64,000 nt of DNA. Origin: Eledone cirrhosa (taxonomy: Eukaryota). Position 1 is the stretch's first letter. The number at the start of each line of letters is the position of its first letter. Location of the stretch: contig OZ024757.1 of the NCBI GenBank assembly GCA_964016885.1, forward strand, positions 16,368,001-16,432,000. Direction: 5' to 3'. The position numbers were made by a program, and so were the translations under genes. The notes beneath the pieces were generated by a model. That model ran no database searches and had not been told where the DNA came from. It saw only the letters and a program-made list of their open reading frames with translations. Below are positions 53,996-64,000 of this stretch, piece after piece.

Positions 53996-54041
<46 letters not shown>

Positions 54042-54374
54042 TATACACACACATACATATATTGAGGAGATTGGAGAGAAGACATAGGTGGAGACAAACA
54101 AAATGGAAAATAGACATATATAATTATTTTAAGAAGCAACAAATTAACTTTGAACACAAAATATTACCCGAGGAACCATGTTTTAGCGAACATAGTAGTA
54201 AAGATGAAATTCACATCTATGAATAAATATATATATTATGGGTTGCATATATATATATATATGTGTGTGCGTGTGTATGTTTGTGTGTGTAAGTATATAT
54301 ATGCTTTTTTTGTTTATGTATGCATGTATATACGTTAGAGAGGAATACCCAGAAATAAGCTTCCTCTAGATATA

Positions 54375-54415
<41 letters not shown>

Positions 54416-54420
<5 letters not shown>

Positions 54421-55013
54421 TAAAAAGGAAAAGAAAATGCTGATAAATTTTTCTCAGTGAAAAATAGTTTAATTAGGAATAAGTATAAATTAGTAATAAG
54501 TATTAGTTACTATTCAGTTTTAGTTTTAAGTTCTTACAGGTTGAGCATTTCTTATGCTTTTCAAAAATAATTTTGAGATAGAGTGCTCGTGATTTTTTGC
54601 TCTAATCTGATCAGTTTTAAACATTCACGTGACTTCTATGACCAATCAAAATTGTTTTGACTACAAGAATTTTTGCAACACGAATTGGCGCGAAATTTAT
54701 AGCGCTTATTCACGTGACATTCAACAACCAACCAAATCTTAATGCCTCCCAAGCCACTTTTTTCACATAAAACAGGAAGAATTTCCAAAACTGATCAGAT
54801 TAGAGATAAAAATCACGAGCACTCTATCTCAATTTTTTTTTTGAAAAGCTTAAGAAATGCGCAACCGGTAAAAACTTAAAACTAAAACTGAATACTAACT
54901 AATACTTATTACTAATTTATACTTATTCCTAATTAATCTATTTTTCACTGGGAGAAATCTGTCAGCATTTTCTTTTCCTTTTTACTAATATATCACAACT
55001 CGTGTGTCACACC

Positions 55014-55020
<7 letters not shown>
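54416..55020. mobile_element. Foldback element with about 200-bp inverted arms in (TA)n
   Basis: 54416-54618 is the reverse complement of 54787-54990. Confidence 0.85.
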
Positions 55021-55047
<27 letters not shown>

Positions 55048-55054
<7 letters not shown>

Positions 55055-55399
55055 AAGTTAAATAAAAGTCAAATGATTAAAATTTGACTCCAGTTCCTCA
55101 GTAAATTAACAACCCAACAAGGAACTGGGCATATCAGAGTATTGACAATATTATACACCTAAACAACATATGTACTTGTCTATACCATACTAATTCAAAC
55201 TGCCTGAAGAGGTCACAGCCAAAGATGGCTGTCACTGAAATATATATAGCAGTAATAAACGAAGCTAAATTTTAATCATTTGACTTTTATTTAACTTTAT
55301 TTTACACTACTCCGGAGTAACCAAACCAACCTGCGCACTTCGTCGAGTGCTCCAGCCTGCATACTGAGGTGTTGGTATACAACCAACATAAACTCAAAA

Positions 55400-55400
<1 letters not shown>
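55048..55400 (+). mobile_element. HHR-bearing element with 38-bp inverted terminal duplication
   Basis: 55048-55085 is the reverse complement of 55267-55304; HHR lies inside. Confidence 0.8.
55199..55253 (+). ncRNA. Type I hammerhead ribozyme
   Basis: ACTGC-CTGAAGA-GGTCACAGCCA-AAGA-TGGCTGTCACT-GAAA-TATATA-TA/GCAGT. Confidence 0.9.
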
Positions 55401-55452
<52 letters not shown>

Positions 55453-55873
55453 GTATATATGTACCTGTATGTATATATATGTGTGTGTGTGTCGATATGT
55501 ATGAGATGTATACATATACAGCCCGGTTATATAGTGAAGTTGTATTACGAAGCCAGGAGGTAAATATGTCCATATGAAAATGTTACTTTACACATTCTAA
55601 TTACTGTCATGATGTAATATTACAAGCCAACAATGAATTGCATCATCGCCTGCGTTGTGTCGTTTCGTTTTTCACTAAATTTGACAAGTTAATTTAGGCG
55701 CACTATATATGAACATAGCTTCTCTGTTGCGATGCTCTGTTCATATGTAGAGCCTATGGAATTTATGTGTCTCTACATGTCTATGTTTTTATGTATGCGT
55801 TTGTCTATGTATAAGCCTGTTTATTAATATGTATATGTATGTATATATGTGTGTGTGTGTGTATATACATATG

Positions 55874-55933
<60 letters not shown>

Positions 55934-56107
55934 CATGTATATATATATATGTGTGTGTGTGTGTGTATACATACGTATGTATATATATATATATATATGT
56001 ATATGTGTGTATGTATATATATGTGTGTGTGTGTTGTTTGTGTATGTGTACATATGTATGTATGCATATATATGTGCGTGTGTATGTATACATATATATA
56101 GATATAC

Positions 56108-56153
<46 letters not shown>

Positions 56154-56200
56154 TTATATATATATATATACATATGTATATATATACATATGTATATATA

Positions 56201-56231
<31 letters not shown>

Positions 56232-56268
56232 CATATGTATATATGTATATACATACGTGTATATATAC

Positions 56269-56312
<44 letters not shown>

Positions 56313-56344
56313 GTATATATATATATACATATGTATATATATGC

Positions 56345-56456
<112 letters not shown>

Positions 56457-56689
56457 GTGTAATATAATGTGTGTGCTAGCGTATATTTGTGAGTACTTGT
56501 GTGTGTGTGCGTGTTAAGGTGTAAGTATATGTTTCCGTATTAATGTGTATATGTGTGTATGTATATGCATGTGTAATAATGTATGTATGTGCTTGCGTAT
56601 ACGTTTGTGTGCATGCGTATTTATATGTGTATGTATGTGTTAAATCGTATGTACATACCACTGTTTTGTGTATATATATGAATGTGTAA

Positions 56690-57745
56690 TAAAGTGTATG
56701 TATATGTGTAGCTACAAGTGTAGAATGTATTAATGTATGTATATATGTGTAGGTACAAGTGTAGAATGTATTAATGTGTGTATATATGTGTAGGTACAGG
56801 TGTGTGAATGTATTAATGTGTGTATATATGTGTAGCTACAAGTGTAGAATGTATTAATGTGTGTATATATGTGTAGGTACAGGTGTGTGAATGTATTAAT
56901 GTGTGTATATATGTGTAGGTACAGGTGTGTGAATGTATTAATGTGTGTATATATGTGTAGCTACAAGTGTAGAATGTATTAATGTGTGTATATATGTGTA
57001 GGTACAAGTGTAGAATGTATTAATGTGTGTATATATGTGTAGGTACAGGTGTGTGAATGTATTAATGTGTGTATATATGTGTAGCTACAAGTGTAGAATG
57101 TATTAATGTGTGTATATATGTGTAGGTACAGGTGTGTGAATGTATTAATGTGTGTATATATGTGTAGGTACAGTTGTGTGAATGTATTAATGTGTGTATA
57201 TATGTGTAGCTACAAGTGTAGAATGTATTAATGTGTGTATATATGTGTAGGTACAGGTGTGTGAATGTATTAATGTGTGTATATATGTGTAGGTACAGGT
57301 GTGTGAATGTATTAATGTGTGTATATATGTGTAGGTACAGGTGTGTGAATGTATTAATGTGTGTATATATGTGTAGGTACAGGTGTGTGAATGTATTAAT
57401 GTGTGTATATATGTGTAGGTACAAGTGTAGAATGTATTAATGTGTGTATATATGTGTAGGTACAGGTGTAGAATGTATTAATGTGTGTATATATGTGTAG
57501 CTACAAGTGTAGAATGTATTAATGTGTGTATATATGTGTAGGTACAGGTGTGTGAATGTATTAATGTGTGTATATATGTGTAGGTACAAGTGTAGAATGT
57601 ATTAATGTGTGTATATATGTGTAGGTACAGGTGTAGAATGTATTAATGTGTGTATATATGTGTAGGTACAAGTGTGGGAATGTATTAATGTGTACAGGTG
57701 TGTGAATGTATTAATATGTACAGGTGTGTGAATGTATTAATGTGT
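56690..57745. repeat. 41-42-bp minisatellite, about 24 copies
   Basis: Unit GAATGTATTAATGTGTGTATATATGTGTAGSTACARGTGT(GT/A). Confidence 0.96.
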
Positions 57746-57969
57746 GTATGTGTACAAGTGTGTATATATGTGTGTATATGTGTGTATGTGTGAGTCTACG
57801 CCTGTGTACCCGTGTGTGTGTGCATGTCATTACTGTGTGAAAAAGTTTGCCTGTACCTATTGATTATATGATTAAATAGATAGAGGTTTCTGCATAAAGA
57901 TCGAAGACAGCCACACAAACACACTCACACTGGCACACACACATACACATACACATACACACAAAGAGG

Positions 57970-58011
<42 letters not shown>

Positions 58012-58098
58012 CACACACAGAAGCACAGGCACTTATGCGTGCAAGCGCATTATTAGGACATAATACATACGCTGCACATATATACACACACATATATG

Positions 58099-58170
<72 letters not shown>

Positions 58171-58252
58171 TGTGTCTGTGTATCTGCGTGTATCTGTATA
58201 TGTGCATGTATAAATATATATATATATATGTATGTATATATATATATATATG

Positions 58253-58326
<74 letters not shown>

Positions 58327-58477
58327 CATATATATATATAGATATATATGTATATATAATGAATATATATATATATGTATATATACATATATATATATAT
58401 GTATATATACGTATATATATATCTATGTATATATATATGTATATATATATATGCATATATATATGTATATATATATG

Positions 58478-58508
<31 letters not shown>

Positions 58509-58539
58509 ATGTACACATATAAATATATGTGTCTGTGTA

Positions 58540-58621
<82 letters not shown>

Positions 58622-59135
58622 TATACATATATATATATACATGCATAGTGCATAGCTGTGGGGTGAAGAGTGTGTGCACCACGTTTGTAAATGCATGTTG
58701 AAAATTTATAATAAAATTCATTAATTCGCGTCTGTCACCCGATAAACAACTGACATCGCATTAAACAACAAATTTACACTGAAAAATGTCGACTTCCTCC
58801 CTCTTCTCTCTTTGTCCTTTTCTTTTTTTTGGACGTGGGGTGGGGTGAGGTGGGAGGTTATGCTGTTGTTGTTGTTGTTGTCGTCGTTGTTTTGTTGTTG
58901 TTGTTTTGTTGTTGTTGTTGCTGTTTGTTCAAATTAGAATAAATTCCAGTTAAAATGGCGGAGTTTGTGGAGAAAAGAGAAAAGAACGTTTTCAACTTTC
59001 AATATTGTTGTTAATTAGGTATTGTTAAATGAAATGGTGGAGAGTGGTGGAGAGGGAGCCACCTGTTGCTTGCTGGTTGATTCGTCCTGACAGATAAAGT
59101 TGCTGATGCTGGCGTGTCCCACCTTGTTATATGAA

Positions 59136-59392
59136 TGTCATCATCATCATCATCATCATCATCATTATCGCCGTCCTCATCGTCATCATCGTCATCATCG
59201 TTATCGTCGTCGTCATCGTCGTCATCGACATCATCGTCATCATCGTTATCATCATTATCGTCGTCGTCATCGTCGTCATCGACATCATCGCCGTCGTCAT
59301 CATCGTCTTCATCGTCATCATCGTCATCATCGTCATCGTCATCGTCATCATCGGCGTCATCATCGGCGTCATCGTCGTCGTCATCATCATCA

Positions 59393-59427
<35 letters not shown>

Positions 59428-60340
59428 ATCATCGTCATCATCGTCATCATCGTCATCATCATCATCATCATCATCATCGTCATCATCATTATCGTCACTA
59501 TCGTTGCCATCATCGCTGTCATCATCATCATCGTCATCGTCATTATTGATGTAATCATCGTCATCATCATCATTGTTGCCATCATTGTCATTATCGTCAT
59601 CGTTACCATTTTCATTACCTACGTCATCATCATTACGATGATCATCATCATTATCACCATCATCATCACCACCATCACCATCATCACCATCACCACCACC
59701 ATCGTTACCATCACCACCATCGTTACCATCATCGTCATCGCCATCACCACCATCGTTACCATCACCATCATCATCATCACCACCATCACCATCATCATCA
59801 CCATCATCACCACCATCACCACCATCGTTACCATCACCATCATCACCATCATCACCACCATCGTTACCATCACCATCAACACTATCACCACCATCATTAC
59901 CATCATTATCATCACCATCATCACCACCATCACCATCATCATCACCATCATCACCACCATCACCACCATCGTTACCATCACCATCATCACCATCATCACC
60001 ACCATCGTTACCATCACCATCATCACCATCATCACCACCATCGTTACCATCACCATCAACACTATCACCACCATCACCATCATCATCACCATCATCACCA
60101 CCATCACCACCATCGTTACCATCACCATCATCACCACCATCACCACCATCGTTACCATCACCATCATCACCATCATCACCACCATCGTTACCATCACCAT
60201 CATCACCATCATCACCACCATCGTTACCATCACCATCAACACTATCACCACCATCATTACCATCATTATCATCACCATCATCACCACCATCACCACCATC
60301 ACCACCATCGTTACCATCATCGCCATCACCATCACCATTG
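59136..60340. repeat. Compound trinucleotide repeat (CAT/CGT/CAC)n
   Basis: Direct inspection; explains the poly-H/S/I/T ORFs. Confidence 0.96.
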
Positions 60341-60543
60341 ACCAGATATAGGTTGTCTAATTTCGTGTATCATGTCTTACGCAAAGAAGAGCACTATTAA
60401 TTATTTCGTGTGCGAGTATGTGTGTGTGTTTGCGAGGGTGTGTGTGTGTTTGTGAGTGTGGGGGGTGGGTATGTGTGTATGGGTGGGGGGTGGCGGGGGG
60501 AGAAGAATTCTTCTCACATCACCCACGTTGAAGTTTGGCAATG

Positions 60544-60600
<57 letters not shown>

Positions 60601-60642
60601 GACACACACACATATATATATTACATATATATATCATATATA

Positions 60643-60735
<93 letters not shown>

Positions 60736-61003
60736 GGATTGCACTAATAATAGCTGGAGACATGAATGGGAAACGGAAATGAGTGTAAAATAATTAGTAA
60801 GACTTGACGATGTCCAGTAAACAGTATTGTATATTTCACTTTGAAGTATTCATCGCTGTCAATGAACACGTCAGCCATTTTGTTCTGAATAATTACAAAA
60901 CAATTTTCAGAGATTTGCGACCTTAATCACCATATTTTGCCCCCTATTTAGTCTCCTCCATATAACTTGATGTAGTTATTGTAGGTCATGATACTAGTGG
61001 TAA

Positions 61004-61177
61004 ACAGATTCCATAGACCTCCTCCGTAAAGTCGGAATGACAGTAGGCCGTCTGAAGAAGGAGCCCCGCGAGGTGGTGTGGCTGTTGCAGAGGGTGTCGC
61101 TGGTCATTCTCTGCGGAAATGCCTTCGCGATTTTGTCCGCGGGGCGCAGCCGAAACACCGCTCTGACCTTGGTGTAA
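61004..61177 (+). mobile_element. CRE-like retrotransposon C-terminal remnant
   Basis: TDSIDLLRKVGMTVGRLKKEPREVVWLLQRVSLVILCGNAFAILSAG. Confidence 0.72.
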
Positions 61178-61419
61178 AGTCTCCCACCCTTTCCCGTTCC
61201 CCGTTTCTTTCTACCGTTGCCTAATAGTCCTTGCTCTTTCCCCCTTTTCCTCTCATGTATAGCATTTATAGTCCTTTCCAATACTACTTTCTTTGTCTAT
61301 ATGTTTGACTAAATATTAAATTATTTATTATTTTTATGTAATTTTATCCTAGAAAAATATTTGAGAATTTTGAATTAAAATAATGAAAAAGTAATAGAAA
61401 AAATTGTCAAATAAATCTA

Positions 61420-62075
61420 TCAAAAAATTCATAGAAATAATTTGAAAACTCAAACGCAAGAAAATCAGCCGAATGTCGTTAATGACAACAGCATGTAAGT
61501 CGGGTAAAAATACCCCTAAGGACAGAAAACAGGATCCAGTGATCGATAAAGAGAAAAGTAAAGTTGTGAGGTATCATGGTATTTAGTCTCCCTCATATAA
61601 CTTGATGCGGTTATTGTAGGTCATATACTAGTATTTAACATATCGTAGTGTAATTCAGAGAAATAATTTGAAAACTCGAATGCAAGGAGCAGCTGTGAAA
61701 ACAGCCGAATCCTGTTAGTGACAACAGCATCTAAGTCGGGTAAAAATACCCCTTAGGGCAGAAAACAAGAACCCAGTGGGTGATAGTAGGCCCCAGACTA
61801 TGATGTCTGTCCAAATTGAAAAACTAATACAATCATAGCTATGATAAAGGTAAATAGACATTGTGCTTCGGAAATCATTGAGATGAAGAATGTATGTAGT
61901 TAAAATTCATAGAAATAATTTGAAAATTTGAACGCAATGAATAACTGTTAAAATAGCTGATTACCTTCAATAGCAACAGCATGTAACGTCAGAACACAGT
62001 GGCCAGTGGTCGATAAAGAGAATAGTAAAGTTGTGAGGTGGGTGACAGGTAGATGAAATATATCGTAGTGTATTT
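61420..62075. repeat. Degenerate tandem repeat of about 230-250 bp, about 3 copies
   Basis: AGAAATAATTTGAAAA..CAACAGCAT recurs at about 61432, 61659 and 61911. Confidence 0.75.
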
Positions 62076-62199
62076 TATTGTGGTAGGTAGATAGTGAGAA
62101 CGTCAAAGGTGAGAATCAGCGTTCTACACTCCAACTTTCCTACTTCACTCACCATACTTACCCTCCCCAATCCACACCACCTTTCCTACTTCAATCTCC

Positions 62200-62555
62200 C
62201 CACACTTCACTCACCACACTTCACTCACCACACTTCACTCACCACACTTCACTCACCATACTTCACTCACCACACTTCACTCGCCAGACTTCACTCACCA
62301 TACTACACACACACACCGCACTTCACTCACCACACTTCACACACCACACTTCACTCATCACACTTCACTCACTACACTTCACTCACTACACTTCACTCAC
62401 CACACTTCACTCACCAACTAACCACTCTCCACTAACCACTCTCTACTTTCTACACTCCACTCTCGACACTCCACTCCTCCCACTCCACACTCCACACTTC
62501 ACTCTCTCCACCTATCACACTCCACTATCCACCTACCTCACTTCACTCACCACAC
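62200..62555. repeat. 14-bp minisatellite (CACTTCACTCACCA)n, decaying
   Basis: Direct inspection. Confidence 0.9.
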
Positions 62556-62799
62556 AATAGTGTCCATGTCAAACTATACCGATCTCTTATTACACGCCGC
62601 CGCCTCACCCCATTCATCAGTATTCTACATCAAGCTAATTAAACAGACATCACGTGACCGTAACTAATCACTACAGATGTCTGTACAGCTGCCATGGCAA
62701 CTAATCTGGAGTCTATATCCCATTGAATGAATCTTTTAATTAGCGTTTTCATTAAATGGATGCAGCCACGTCAATGAAAGTCAGTCAGTTAATTTGAAT

Positions 62800-63218
62800 A
62801 TAAGTGACGTCATGATATCTCAGTCTACTTGGATCTAGTGACGTCATAGAGAGTCTGGCAACTTGGACCTAGCGACGTCATAGTAAGGCCGGCAACTCGG
62901 ATCCTAATGACGTCATAGTAAGACGACTGGCAACACAGATCTGGTGACATCATGGCGAGCATGTCAACGTGTATCTAGTGACGTCATACCAAGTATGTCA
63001 ACATGGATCTAATGACGTCATAGTAAGACTGGCAACGCGAATCTTGTGACGTCATGGCAAGTATGTCAACGTGGGTCTAGTGACGTCATAGTAAGACTGG
63101 CAACACGGATCTGGTAAACGTCATGGCAAGTATGTCAACGTGGATCTAGTGACGTCATAGCAAGTCGGTGAAGTTGGATGTATTGACGTCATAGCAAGTA
63201 TGTAAGCTTGGATCTAGA
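62800..63218. repeat. About 34-bp tandem repeat, 12 units, each centred on a CRE-type palindrome
   Basis: TGACGTCA at 62805, 62839, 62908, 62979, 63013, 63047, 63081, 63150, 63184; variants at 62873, 62945 and about 63115. Confidence 0.92.
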
Positions 63219-64000
63219 GACTCAGACACACTCATACACATGAATACACACGCATACACACACCCCTATGCATACACACGCATCCACCTACGCAAACACA
63301 CACAGAACACCCGAATCACCCACTCAGACACACACACAGATGAATGCACACACAGACATAGTCATGCACACTTACACTCATACACCCCCACATATAAATG
63401 CACACACTTAAACACGCACACACACACACACAGACTCATACACAAACATGCAGATAAATGCACACATACACATATAATCATACAAACATACATAAACACA
63501 CACACACACACACACTCAAACACTCATATACAAACACACTCACACACACTTGCGCACTCACACAAAGACTCATACACAAACACAAATGCACACACACACT
63601 CACACGCAGACTCCTACACACAGATACAATCATACAAACATACATAAACACACACACACACACAAATAGAGACTTATACAAACACACATAAACACACACA
63701 TTTACACACAGAACTGACTCACACATAAACACATACTCTCAGACACACTCACACACAAACACATAAATACACACAGATAAACACACACACACATTCACAC
63801 GCTCACACAGAGACTCATACACACACATACACTCACACACACAAACACATAAATACACACACACACACACTCACACAGAGACTCATACACACACATACAC
63901 TCACACACTCACACCCATACACAAACACATAAATACACACACACTCACACACACATAAACACACACATATACTCACACACACACATACGCACACAGACCC

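Noticed and set aside
58950-59015. AAAATGGCGG start or YY1-like motif
   Set aside because: The frame closes after 19 codons and there is no other support for a gene start
62800-63218. CRISPR-like repeat array
   Set aside because: Eukaryotic context, spacers are homologous to each other, and there are no cas genes

Overview
AT-rich, repeat-dominated eukaryotic (animal) DNA with very long (TA)n, (CA)n, (GA)n, (TAG)n and (CAT)n microsatellites. The SINE repertoire resembles that of a coleoid cephalopod such as Octopus (inference from memory, not checked). I found no confident intact host gene, and nearly all listed ORFs are microsatellite artefacts. Recognisable elements are two or three tRNA-derived SINE families, decayed RTE-clade and CRE-like LINE fragments, a decayed mariner, hAT-like MITEs, Helitron-like elements, a probable LTR and several minisatellites. 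The main signal is a set of short non-coding elements embedded in (TA)n tracts that carry type I hammerhead ribozymes (HHRs), usually with a palindromic or near-palindromic stem III. The clearest is a near-perfect 3.55 x 485-bp tandem array (48152-49879) with four intact minus-strand HHRs, which looks like a retrozyme or Penelope-type pLTR. About ten further HHRs sit in other units, many arranged as tail-out inverted duplications suggestive of twin priming at self-complementary (TA)n. A separate conserved motif (GCGAWGAAATACC-hairpin-CTGANGA) recurs at four diverged loci and fits neither the canonical HHR nor the HDV consensus. A 34-bp repeat array near the end carries nine perfect CRE sites. 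All folds were derived by eye, and coordinates of decayed repeats are approximate.
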